A stretch of 30,985 bases of DNA from a virus (Duplodnaviria; Caudoviricetes), in the IMG/VR virus record IMGVR_UViG_3300032305_001116, positions 1-30,985 of that record. One strand, given 5' to 3'. Made by a program: the position numbers and the translations under genes. Below, in pieces: positions 1-8,950 of the stretch. A model generated the notes under the pieces. That model saw only the letters and a program-made list of their open reading frames with translations, made no database searches and was not told the origin of the DNA. Within the stretch, counting starts at the first letter, position 1. The number at the start of each line of letters is the position of its first letter.

Positions 1-123
1 TCCGTTTACTAATGCCATTTTATGATTGTTCTATTAATGTTCTTATTCTTATTATTTTTCTTACCTCATAAAAGCCATCATATTGGTTTTCGACGTAATT
101 TATTGATTCTAAACTATTGGTAA
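1..123. repeat. Terminal direct repeat, copy 1 (circular-assembly overlap)
   Basis: 1-123 is identical to 30863-30985; the repeat cuts through coding sequence and gene order is continuous across the junction. Confidence 0.95.
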
Positions 124-466
124 CAAATTTGAAATTATCTGTTATAAAGAATGGTCTACTATCTCTATTCAAAATTCTAAACATCACAATATCGCCTATA
201 TCATCAACATCTTTTCTTGAGTAGTTAGAACCATCAGTTCCTGTAAATATTTCTACCGTTACAACAGCATTATAATTGAAATTAGTTTTTGTACTAAAAT
301 CTGAAATGCTAATGTTTGATACTTGTATAAATGGATATGTTGGATTACTTGGGATGTTATCATAAACAGAAAGTAAAGTGCCACCAAAACTCATAGCAGC
401 TAACTTGTTATGAAAGGCTAATCTTAATGGATAGCCAACATCCTTCATATAATTTTCTCCAGCCAT
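20..466 (-). CDS. Tail terminator / tail completion protein (DUF3168, SPP1 gp17-like)
   Basis: VYDNIP-x4-YPFIQV motif, ~145 aa, immediately upstream of the tail-tube genes across the junction. Confidence 0.75.
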   Translation of the reverse strand: MAGENYMKDVGYPLRLAFHNKLAAMSFGGTLLSVYDNIPSNPTYPFIQVSNISISDFSTKTNFNYNAVVTVEIFTGTDGSNYSRKDVDDIGDIVMFRILNRDSRPFFITDNFKFVTNSLESINYVENQYDGFYEVRKIIRIRTLIEQS

Positions 467-467
467 A

Positions 468-2093
468 TTATGCTTTTAAATCGCCACTTAATACCCATTC
501 ATCTTCTGCAATTTTAGTGAGTTTTACTTCTGCATATTGACCAAATGGTTGTCTTGTTGTTGAACGAGTTCGTAATGTAACACCAGTATCTCCACTAAAA
601 GTTGGAATACCATTTAAGTTTACTTGATAAAACCACATTTGAGTTCCAATAGGAAATGGCACACTTGCATTAGTTGGAATTGTTACTGCGATTGCAGTAG
701 TTGCATTAAATCTAAAATACTTTCCTTTGTCTATTAATGCTAATGTATAAGCAGTAGATGCAGTAGGTTTAATTCCAATATTGTAATCCAATCCACCATT
801 TACTTGCAAAAGATTTCCACTTGTATTATCCGTTGTGCTTCCAATTAACACCTTACCATCGGCTTGTATTCTTTGTCTAATGCTTGGTGTTCCAGTTAAT
901 TCATCGGTAGCAAAATCCAAATATCCTTGTGGAGAAGTTGTTCTTGCACTTGCAGAAATATATGCCTTAACACCAGCACCTGGACTTGAAATATCTCCCG
1001 AATAAAATTCAATCTTACCAATAACTTGGTCTATGGCACTTGTTGTGTCGGTATCTACAAAACGTAATGTATTGTTTTCGGTATTACCATTATTATTTCC
1101 AGTAACTTCTAAACGCTTTGTTGCAGTTGTAGTGCTTCCAACGTTTAATGTTCCACCTGCACCAATATCTGTAATAGTTAATTTACCACTTCCACTTATA
1201 TTAGTAGCATTTGTAATTGGCAAACCACCTATAGTTAAACCACTTAAATTGTATGTTAATGATTGTTCTCCATTACTTACGATTAATTCTCCTAAAATAT
1301 AAACATTGCCACCATCCGTTCTTAAACGATAATCGCCATCTCCAAGAGAACCTATAAAAGCAGTACCATTAAGATATGAAGGGCCACCTGAAACACTTAA
1401 ACCAGTTCCAGCAGTAAAAAAACCATTAGTAGTTAATTCACCACTAAAAAAACCACTACCATTAACACTTAATTTGCTACTTGGACTTGTAGTTCCAATA
1501 CCTATGTTAGTTCCGTTATCGTATATTTGACTATTATTAATAATAGTAGTATCTGTAAATTTAGGAATATAATTCCCAACTCCAGCACCACCAATTTTAT
1601 CATTAAAAGTATCCCAATCGGTAGATGACAAATAGCCATCAGTTGATGTTGTAGCTTGTGAAATTGTTAAAGTTCTATTTGCACTTAAATCACCACCACC
1701 ACTCAAAGGAGCTGAAGTAGATATGCTTCTTGTTGTAGCAACCTTGTTATTGAAAGTGTTCCAATCGGTAGATTTTAAGTAACCATCAACGCTTGTAGTT
1801 GCAAAACCTAATTTGCTTTTGATTGTAGCGTTTGTTTCATCGCCAGTATTCGTATTAGATGAAGTACCACTAAAAGTACCATTAAAAGTACCACTAAAAT
1901 TACTTGCACTTAATGTAGAAGATACTGCTAATGTACCACCTATACTTGCACCTAATGAAGATAAAGATAACGAGGTGCTATTACCAAGTCCATCAGTAAT
2001 TAATTTTAAATCCGATGTAATCGGGCCATTATCCGTTAGCTTTAATAGCGAATCAAATGAAGATGCAATAGTTTGTCCTGTTAATGAAGCCAT
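468..2093 (-). CDS. Long fibre protein (541 aa), paralogue of 2802..3332
   Basis: G/S/T-rich; two ATTSxDGYLxSTDWxTFNxK repeats; NIGIGTTSPSSKLSV fibre motif; N- and C-terminal domains shared with the 176-aa paralogue. Confidence 0.8.
   Translation of the reverse strand: MASLTGQTIASSFDSLLKLTDNGPITSDLKLITDGLGNSTSLSLSSLGASIGGTLAVSSTLSASNFSGTFNGTFSGTSSNTNTGDETNATIKSKLGFATTSVDGYLKSTDWNTFNNKVATTRSISTSAPLSGGGDLSANRTLTISQATTSTDGYLSSTDWDTFNDKIGGAGVGNYIPKFTDTTIINNSQIYDNGTNIGIGTTSPSSKLSVNGSGFFSGELTTNGFFTAGTGLSVSGGPSYLNGTAFIGSLGDGDYRLRTDGGNVYILGELIVSNGEQSLTYNLSGLTIGGLPITNATNISGSGKLTITDIGAGGTLNVGSTTTATKRLEVTGNNNGNTENNTLRFVDTDTTSAIDQVIGKIEFYSGDISSPGAGVKAYISASARTTSPQGYLDFATDELTGTPSIRQRIQADGKVLIGSTTDNTSGNLLQVNGGLDYNIGIKPTASTAYTLALIDKGKYFRFNATTAIAVTIPTNASVPFPIGTQMWFYQVNLNGIPTFSGDTGVTLRTRSTTRQPFGQYAEVKLTKIAEDEWVLSGDLKA
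1864..1899. repeat. 3 x 12-bp in-frame tandem repeat (FSGT-FNGT-FSGT) in the fibre gene
   Basis: gtaccactaaaa gtaccattaaaa gtaccactaaaa. Confidence 0.8.
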
Positions 2094-2096
2094 ATT

Positions 2097-2423
2097 TTAA
2101 TTTTGAAATGGTGGATTTAAAGTTGCAGTAATAGGATTAATTTGCAAATCTATTTTATAAGCTAAACTTTCTTTTAATTGATTTATATCTAATATATTCT
2201 CTAACCAACCAACAACTTGTTCTTTTGTTAATTCTTCGTAATTTGTAAATGAATCAGCTTCTGGTGAAGAAACATATTGTTTAGCCCATTGTTCAGCACG
2301 ATAAGGCTCACCATCTACTGTTGCTATCAATCTCCAATCGATACTATTAACTACGTTAGCAAGTCCATCTTGGTTTAAGATAACTTCCATTGCAGTAATT
2401 TCCCAATTATATATAATTTCCAT
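2097..2423 (-). CDS. Fibre-associated small protein (possible fibre chaperone), common in aquatic phages
   Basis: YNWEI...NVVNSIDW...FTNYEELTKEQVVGW...LNPPF pattern; lies between fibre genes. Confidence 0.6.
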   Translation of the reverse strand: MEIIYNWEITAMEVILNQDGLANVVNSIDWRLIATVDGEPYRAEQWAKQYVSSPEADSFTNYEELTKEQVVGWLENILDINQLKESLAYKIDLQINPITATLNPPFQN

Positions 2424-2433
2424 ATACTATTTA

Positions 2434-2802
2434 TTATGTTGCGTCATTTATTGCATTTATAGAAATATTTTCATTATCTATTTTTGTAAATGTTCCAGAT
2501 GACAATGTTCCAGATACTCCAGGTTCTAATTCCCCTACATATAATACACCTCTTAATGAACTTGATAGCTGTAAATACCGATATGGTGTAATCGGTGATG
2601 TTAAACTAACTGAAAATGTATCACCAGTTGTTATACTACCAGAAACTGTACCAGTGCTAAATCTTTGTAAAAAAACTGAACCATTTTTTTGAGCAGTTAC
2701 AGATGTACTTGCAGTTGTTGGTGTTTCAGTATATGTTAAAGTGTAAGTTCCAGTAGCTTCTGCACTTTGCATCCCAATAGCCGATGATAATAGTTTCCCC
2801 AC
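2434..2802 (-). CDS. Putative fibre-tip / adhesin-like protein
   Basis: S/T/G-rich beta-type 122 aa, start overlaps the stop of the short fibre; function inferred from context. Confidence 0.45.
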   Translation of the reverse strand: MGKLLSSAIGMQSAEATGTYTLTYTETPTTASTSVTAQKNGSVFLQRFSTGTVSGSITTGDTFSVSLTSPITPYRYLQLSSSLRGVLYVGELEPGVSGTLSSGTFTKIDNENISINAINDAT

Positions 2803-3332
2803 TATGCTACCAAGTTACCAATTACATACCATTCATCAGTTCCAACTTTAACAAGTGTTACACCTGTATATTGATTACCAATTTTTAATTGACCTGACTT
2901 ACTTCTTAATGTTACACCACCAGTAGCTACTATTGTAGTTTGACCTGTACCATATTGTAATACTTGTATCTCTGTTCCTATTGGGAAAGCGACACTTGAG
3001 TTTAATGGCACTGTTAGGTTATTAGCCGAAGCTACATTCATCTCAACAATATCGTTCTGGTCTGTTAAAACAAGAGTATAAGATGCAGTTCTTCTATTAA
3101 AAACATTTTGATAAACAATACCTCCAACTACTTCAAGTTTAGCAGAAGGACTACTTGTTCCGATACCTAAATTTCCAGTTATTTGAACATCAGTAGAAGA
3201 TAATGATAATGCACTATTATTACCCAAACCATCAGTAATAACCTTTAGCGATGAGGTAATAGGCCCATTGTCAGTTACTTTAAGTAACGCATCATAAGTT
3301 GAATCTATTGTTTGTCCTGTCAGCGAAGCCAT
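2802..3332 (-). CDS. Short fibre protein (176 aa)
   Basis: GNLGIGTSSPSAKLEV motif; C-terminal YTLVLTD...FPIGT...GVTL...DEWYVIGNL domain shared with the long fibre. Confidence 0.75.
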   Translation of the reverse strand: MASLTGQTIDSTYDALLKVTDNGPITSSLKVITDGLGNNSALSLSSTDVQITGNLGIGTSSPSAKLEVVGGIVYQNVFNRRTASYTLVLTDQNDIVEMNVASANNLTVPLNSSVAFPIGTEIQVLQYGTGQTTIVATGGVTLRSKSGQLKIGNQYTGVTLVKVGTDEWYVIGNLVA

Positions 3333-3344
3333 TTTTTATTTTTT

Positions 3345-3376
3345 GCTAATATAGTTAATTTTTTTTACTTTTGCAA
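3345..3376 (-). promoter_or_regulatory. Bacteroidota-type promoter variant TTG-N20-TATATTAGC for the fibre/tail block
   Basis: Minus strand TTG (3376-3374), 20-nt spacer, TATATTAGC (3353-3345), in the intergenic gap before ATG 3332. Confidence 0.65.
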
Positions 3377-3393
3377 CATTTTTTTTCAACAGA

Positions 3394-3885
3394 TTACTTC
3401 CAAAAGTTTCTTATGAAATTCATTCCTTCAATATCAATAGTTCCCAAGAAGAAATAATGTCCACCTGATGCTTTTTTATTTAAGAATCTTGGGCTATTTG
3501 ATTTATATGGAGCAGATATTGAAACTGTATCAATGCCACTTTGGAATCCTGTCGCTATTGTTATATTATCATTTGCATTTCGTCTAGTACCAAATTCAAG
3601 GTATATAAATTCTTTTATTGGTTTTCCTATTGCAATTCCTGTAATGCTATTTTTTCCATTATACATTTTATAGTATATGGGATTACGAGCTGTTTGGTTT
3701 TCGTCGGCTGGAAGACCTGCATATTTGCTATTAGTTGTATTTGTTATTGTACTAACAGCTTCTTCTACCTTCTCTTCTGCTCTTGATTGTATTCTCTCGA
3801 CCCATTTGTTTAAGTCAGAAATAACACCAGCTGCATCACTACTTTTACTTGTTGGTCTGCTTACCGATTTTCTTATAACTGCCAT
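3394..3885 (-). CDS. HK97 gp10-like neck / tail completion protein
   Basis: FIYLEFGT motif; follows the head-closure gene. Confidence 0.7.
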   Translation of the reverse strand: MAVIRKSVSRPTSKSSDAAGVISDLNKWVERIQSRAEEKVEEAVSTITNTTNSKYAGLPADENQTARNPIYYKMYNGKNSITGIAIGKPIKEFIYLEFGTRRNANDNITIATGFQSGIDTVSISAPYKSNSPRFLNKKASGGHYFFLGTIDIEGMNFIRNFWK

Positions 3886-4286
3886 TAACTACGTTTCCAA
3901 GCAATGATTTTAAAATACTCTCTACGCTCATCTTCAAAGATTATAGAATGGATAATGTAGAAAGAATCTCTATATTTAATTTTAAATTGTTTGTTTATAT
4001 TTAGGGAATCATTTTCCCAAAAGGTTAATACCTCTTGCCATTGGCTCGTATCATTAAATGTTATACCACCACTTCTCCATCTTATAGTAAATGCAAACTT
4101 ATTGTTTATAACTCTTTGACCACCTTCTATAAATAAATCTCCGTCAAAACTCTCAACTCTTGATAAAGTAGTAGTATATAGATTATAAGTAGGCTTTGAA
4201 CCACCTGCTGAATCAGTAACTGTCGTAGCGTTATAAAGCTCTATAACCTCTCTAAAATCAGAAATAATATTTTTAGTTCTTCTCAT
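3885..4286 (-). CDS. Head-closure / head-tail joining protein (SPP1 gp16-like)
   Basis: FREVIEL...DSAGG...FTIRW...FKIKY...YIIHSI pattern and synteny. Confidence 0.8.
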   Translation of the reverse strand: MRRTKNIISDFREVIELYNATTVTDSAGGSKPTYNLYTTTLSRVESFDGDLFIEGGQRVINNKFAFTIRWRSGGITFNDTSQWQEVLTFWENDSLNINKQFKIKYRDSFYIIHSIIFEDERREYFKIIAWKRS

Positions 4287-4831
4287 TAATACATCAATAT
4301 TCTGCGATAAGTATTAGCAGTTTTTTTAGCACTATTTGATAACTCTGTAACACTACCCTCAATCGTACTTTCTCTATATTGGAAATCTATCGCTACTTGT
4401 TTCATTATAGCAATTTTTAAATCACTTGGCAAAGAAGTATATCCTGCAACGTACTCAATCTCGATAGGAGTATCAATACCGAAGAAGCGAATATTCTTAA
4501 AGTTATTGCCTGTAATCAAGTAATCAGTTCCTGCTGTTAGCGTAGTTTTAGTACCACCATCATCAATAGATTTAACGTGGGTAATTGATTGAACAGGCCC
4601 ATAGGGAATATCAATATTACTTGCTACTTGCTGAAACGTAGAAACCAATGTTTTAGTTCCAAAAGTACAACCTGTGTATCTCTCAAGATTAGTCCTTGCA
4701 GAAGAAATTAGCGTATAGATTAAAGTATCCCAATATTGATTGTCAACATTTAGGTATAACTTCATTTCATCTAATGAAACTGGTTCACTTGAAATATCGG
4801 TTTTAATTTGTACGTCTAATCCTAAAGTCAT
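4286..4831 (-). CDS. Head-tail connector / adaptor (HK97 gp6-like)
   Basis: EPVSLDEMKLYL, PYGPVQSI, YVAGY, LPSDLKIAI, YRE motifs. Confidence 0.85.
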   Translation of the reverse strand: MTLGLDVQIKTDISSEPVSLDEMKLYLNVDNQYWDTLIYTLISSARTNLERYTGCTFGTKTLVSTFQQVASNIDIPYGPVQSITHVKSIDDGGTKTTLTAGTDYLITGNNFKNIRFFGIDTPIEIEYVAGYTSLPSDLKIAIMKQVAIDFQYRESTIEGSVTELSNSAKKTANTYRRILMY

Positions 4832-5052
4832 TATTTAGTTTTTTTAGTAGTTTTTAACTCTTTTGTTTTTACTTCTTCCTTTTCTTCCTTCTCTACAACT
4901 TGTTCTTCAACAGCACCTAATAATTTTACTAATTTTCTTGCTACAAGCATTTCTGCTCTCTGACTATCAACTACAAATTCCTCCCCTACTAAAACAGCTC
5001 TATCAAGTTCAACATCTCTGTAATTGTAGATTACTTTTACTTTTGTTTCCAT
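4831..5052 (-). CDS. Small head-associated hypothetical protein
   Basis: 73 aa after the capsid gene; VKVI..YRD...GEEF.V...RAE.L pattern with K-rich tail. Confidence 0.6.
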   Translation of the reverse strand: METKVKVIYNYRDVELDRAVLVGEEFVVDSQRAEMLVARKLVKLLGAVEEQVVEKEEKEEVKTKELKTTKKTK

Positions 5053-5074
5053 AATTTATATTTTTTGAAAGTAG

Positions 5075-5093
5075 GGGGGAAGACGATTCCCCC
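5075..5093 (-). terminator. GC hairpin after the capsid gene (weak terminator or stabilising stem)
   Basis: GGGGGAA / TTCCCCC stem; only a short U-tract on the minus strand. Confidence 0.55.
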
Positions 5094-5124
5094 AGTATAA
5101 ATACTTTCCAAACTACTTTAGTAA

Positions 5125-6195
5125 TTAGGCAACGTTACCTAAATCAGCAAATACGAATGCGTCAAGACGGTCGATAGCCAATACTTCACGAGCCTCAACT
5201 CGGCAAGTAACCAAGTTTTTCTGAATGTTATCAGAATCTTGCTCGAAGAATTCAACTTTTAAGTCGTCAACAACAACACGCTTCGCTAAATTCCAATCAC
5301 CTAACAATACTTTATCATCAGCGATGAAAGAAGATTTGTAAACTGGGATACCAGCGATAGCGATATTACCATTAGCGTCGATAGTGAAACCACCAGGTAC
5401 TGAATAATCAGCAGGTTTAGTATCAATCAATCTTGCCCATTGTTTAGGGTTAACTACGATACCATTTACGTTAAAATCAGCAGATTCCAAGTTAGCGATA
5501 TAATCAATGATTTGTTCAGCATCTACGGTAGCAGAAGTGGTAGTAGAACCAGTTGCAGCACCTGATAAATCAGCGTAGAATTTAGCATCTTCAGCTTTGT
5601 AGAAATCACGCAATAACATTTGTGGCAATGCAGTTTGCAAGAAAGGTAAATCTTGTAACATTGATTTGTCAATACGAGCAAAACCAGCGATGTAACGAGC
5701 AGTGTAAGTAACAGCAGTTAAATCGTAATCGATTTGAGTTTTAGCATCACCTGGAGTAGATTGTACTGAAATAGAACCTTCAGTACCAGTTTCACGATAG
5801 ATGGTGTAGATACCAGTTGCAGAAGAAACAGTAGGGATTAAATCTCTAAAGTTAATTTTACGACTAGGAACCATAGCAACACCAGGCTGATAGGTACGAA
5901 CACCGTCACCAGTCAAGTTGTTAGCAATAGTCATATTGGCAACTGCCTTTAAGTTTAATTTTACTTTGTTACCCAAAGATACGTCTTTGATTGAATCAAA
6001 GTTTTTAGCGATTAATTCGCCAAAAGATGTAGAGAATGATTTTTCTTCCATTTTGTTTTCAGTAGATTTTTGTAATTTAATTTCGATTTCATCCAAACGA
6101 TTCTCAATCGCTTGTGATTTTTCAGTTAATTGTTCAGCAACCTCTGTTTTAAGGTTCTCGTTAATTAACGATTTTAATTGTTCAACTTTTTCCAT
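5125..6195 (-). CDS. Major capsid protein, HK97 fold with N-terminal coiled-coil delta domain
   Basis: Coiled-coil N-terminus; VVNPKQW, IAGIPV, VLLGDW, KNLVTCRVEAR, AFVFAD motifs; follows the protease. Confidence 0.92.
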   Translation of the reverse strand: MEKVEQLKSLINENLKTEVAEQLTEKSQAIENRLDEIEIKLQKSTENKMEEKSFSTSFGELIAKNFDSIKDVSLGNKVKLNLKAVANMTIANNLTGDGVRTYQPGVAMVPSRKINFRDLIPTVSSATGIYTIYRETGTEGSISVQSTPGDAKTQIDYDLTAVTYTARYIAGFARIDKSMLQDLPFLQTALPQMLLRDFYKAEDAKFYADLSGAATGSTTTSATVDAEQIIDYIANLESADFNVNGIVVNPKQWARLIDTKPADYSVPGGFTIDANGNIAIAGIPVYKSSFIADDKVLLGDWNLAKRVVVDDLKVEFFEQDSDNIQKNLVTCRVEAREVLAIDRLDAFVFADLGNVA

Positions 6196-7018
6196 TTTGA
6201 TAACTTTCTATTAGTGAATTTAATATTAACTCGTACTCATCTTCTTCAGTTGGTTCATCAACAGGAGTTTCCATAACTGGTTCTTCCATTGGCATTTCTT
6301 CAGAAGGCACAACTTCATCTTCAGGCATAGCCTCATTTTCTGTCGGGTAAGATTCTTCGTGAGTATCTTCAATGTTGATAGTAACTGTAACACAGCTCTT
6401 ATCTTCAGATGGCTCTGGAGTTTCTACTGACAATTCTTTAAATGATTCTAATTCTTTATGAAGTTGTAATAGTTGGAGTTCTAATTTTGCAAATGTTTCG
6501 TCGGTATATTTACCGTTCTTGATAGCCTTTAGGATATTATCCATCATTTGGCTCACGCTTTCGTAAGATTTCATACCTGTAATTGGAGTCATTTCGTTAG
6601 CACCCCAGCCTTGTAATGAGGAACCTTCGTATAACTTAACCTCCGAGATTTCGTTATAGTGTCCTTGCTTCTTTTGTTTAATTGTTACAAATCCGATTGA
6701 ATGTTCGTTGATAAGACCATCTTCTACCATTAACAAGAAATCTCTACCCAAGGTATGGCGACCTGCTTTACTTTCGTAATACAAACCTTTGTTATCTTCG
6801 TTTAGTGATAAAATCTTACCAACTGCTTTAGTAGCATCGTGGTCTAACAAGTGGCGAACTCTTTGGAAATTCTCTTGGATGGTTTTAGTAAATGCTCCCT
6901 TGCGGATAACATCACCATCACTATCCATATTGTCAAATGATGAGAAATAACCAGTTACAATTCCTTTTTTAACATCAACATCAGAGATGCCTTGATTTAA
7001 GTTTTTGTAAATTAACAT
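6182..7018 (-). CDS. HK97-family prohead protease with acidic C-terminal tail
   Basis: GYFSSFDNMDSDGDVIRKGAF, LLDHD, SIGF, LYEGS, GANE motifs. Confidence 0.92.
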   Translation of the reverse strand: MLIYKNLNQGISDVDVKKGIVTGYFSSFDNMDSDGDVIRKGAFTKTIQENFQRVRHLLDHDATKAVGKILSLNEDNKGLYYESKAGRHTLGRDFLLMVEDGLINEHSIGFVTIKQKKQGHYNEISEVKLYEGSSLQGWGANEMTPITGMKSYESVSQMMDNILKAIKNGKYTDETFAKLELQLLQLHKELESFKELSVETPEPSEDKSCVTVTINIEDTHEESYPTENEAMPEDEVVPSEEMPMEEPVMETPVDEPTEEDEYELILNSLIESYQNGKS

Positions 7019-7021
7019 ATC

Positions 7022-8950
7022 TTATTTATCTATTTGTTTTAATTTTTTAATTGCCCATTCAACTCCTTCAGTTCCACCCCAAGCATCCCACATCAATCCT
7101 CCACATCCTTCCTCGTAAGGAACATCTTTATGTTGTTGGTGTCTTTTGAAACTTGCCATTCTTGCAATGGTATCACGACTAATGTTTTCTCTATTAGCTA
7201 ACTGATTTGCTCTTTGCTTTCCAACAGGAGTACCACATTCTCCCCAACCATTCTTTTCTGCATAGGCTAAAGCACGTTTTGCATTTTCAGTTGCTGCTTG
7301 TGGGTAATCGTTATAAGTTTCTGCTTTCTGATTAGGCTTCTTTGCGTATGCTTCTAAAAAACGAGTTACAAAGCTCATAGCAAAAGCATTCTCATTGCCT
7401 CTTAAATTCTGCTCACCAAATACTCTAACACCTGTTGCAAATACTTCTTCTAACTTGCCAACCGTTACTCTCTTGCCTGGATTGTTCTTATTGAACTCTC
7501 TTGCCATTGACTCAAATTGTGCTAAAGGCTTTTCTTCCATCTTAACACTCGCTTGTGCTTCTGCAATACCAACTGCTTGTTCGATAGGGTCAATATTCAT
7601 AGAGTCAATAGGCTTAACCTGAATACTCACATAAACCTTATCCATATTCGGGTCTTCATTTCTTCCGTAACCCATTTCTTCAAGTTTCTGATTTGGTGTA
7701 AGCCACCAAGCACGTTCAAGATACTGTATCTGTTCTTTCTTGTCCTCTTGCAGCTCTGGGAATACACTCAAATCAAAATCCAAGAAGTACTCTCTACCTT
7801 CTGACCTCTTATAAGGCTCTACAAGCCACTTATTCAAGTCATACCTTGCAGATATTAGTTCAGGTAAAATAGCGTCGCTAATCAAGGCTTTACGAGCCTC
7901 GTACATATTATTATAGGTCTTATTGTCTGGGTCATTCAGCAATGCAGAGTTAATCTTGTACACATTACATATTTGACGCAAACTCATTTTTTGTGAGTCG
8001 ATAATAGCCAAGTCAACAGGAGAAAGTCCTAATTGTTGCCATCCGATTTTTGAAGATGATATTACTATCTTTCCTTGATTGTCAACACCACTATTTTCTG
8101 TTTGCCATTTACGTTGTAATTCGTATGCTTGTTCAGGACTCATCCCATCATCGCTATTATCATACAAGATACCCATAGCACCTGTATTTTGGAATAGCTT
8201 AACACTTGCGGTTTGAGCATCGTTTGATTGTTGCAATACTCTTAATGCAGCGCGAAGTGGAGATTGTCCGTAAAGGTGGGAGCCTTCAGTAGAATAATCT
8301 GGATTCCAATATTTCGAGTGCATCACCTTCTCGGCAGGTAAATCTTGACTATCGTATTTTGTAGTTAGGGTATAACCAGAAACAGGGTCATAACGACCAT
8401 TACTGATAATTCTAACCAAGTGGGCAGGTAGGATATAAAGTTGTTTAAATTTACCTGCGTTAGCACCAGTTACAGGCCCAACCCCATACATATATGAGTT
8501 ACCTGTGATTAACTTAAATCCATAGTAGTTATCCATAAACTCGTAATACGATTGTAATTCGTTCGGATTTAATAGGGTTTGTACTATTGGATTGTTATTA
8601 TTTACTTCTTCTAAAGCCTTTGTTCTTAAATGTAGTGCTTCTGCAACATCTTGTGATTTAGAGATATTAGAAGTGAATGCCTTATATTTTTGGAAGGCTC
8701 TATCGTCTTTTACCTCATAAAGAATAGGAGGAGCAGTCGCTGCCTTTCTCGTTATCAAGTTGATGGCTGCATATACGTCAGCATTATACTGATAGCCTTT
8801 CTCGACATATGTTTGAAATGTATCTTCACCAAATACAGGAGCTTTCCCAATCTGATTGAAAATCATTTGTGCATACTTGGGGTCTATACCCTTTTGAACC
8901 ATTATTGGTTGCTGTGGCTGTTTAGCCTTTAAAAAATCGAATAATCCCAT
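7022..8950 (-). CDS. HK97-family portal protein with ~190-aa C-terminal extension
   Basis: LITGNSY, LYILPA, YGQSPL, LGLSPVDL, ICNVYKI, LTPNQ motifs; follows the terminase. Confidence 0.92.
   Translation of the reverse strand: MGLFDFLKAKQPQQPIMVQKGIDPKYAQMIFNQIGKAPVFGEDTFQTYVEKGYQYNADVYAAINLITRKAATAPPILYEVKDDRAFQKYKAFTSNISKSQDVAEALHLRTKALEEVNNNNPIVQTLLNPNELQSYYEFMDNYYGFKLITGNSYMYGVGPVTGANAGKFKQLYILPAHLVRIISNGRYDPVSGYTLTTKYDSQDLPAEKVMHSKYWNPDYSTEGSHLYGQSPLRAALRVLQQSNDAQTASVKLFQNTGAMGILYDNSDDGMSPEQAYELQRKWQTENSGVDNQGKIVISSSKIGWQQLGLSPVDLAIIDSQKMSLRQICNVYKINSALLNDPDNKTYNNMYEARKALISDAILPELISARYDLNKWLVEPYKRSEGREYFLDFDLSVFPELQEDKKEQIQYLERAWWLTPNQKLEEMGYGRNEDPNMDKVYVSIQVKPIDSMNIDPIEQAVGIAEAQASVKMEEKPLAQFESMAREFNKNNPGKRVTVGKLEEVFATGVRVFGEQNLRGNENAFAMSFVTRFLEAYAKKPNQKAETYNDYPQAATENAKRALAYAEKNGWGECGTPVGKQRANQLANRENISRDTIARMASFKRHQQHKDVPYEEGCGGLMWDAWGGTEGVEWAIKKLKQIDK

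Noticed and set aside
468-3332. Diversity-generating retroelement TR/VR pair in the fibre paralogues
   Set aside because: No reverse transcriptase; both copies are in coding genes and the C-terminal domains are broadly diverged, not adenine-specific variants
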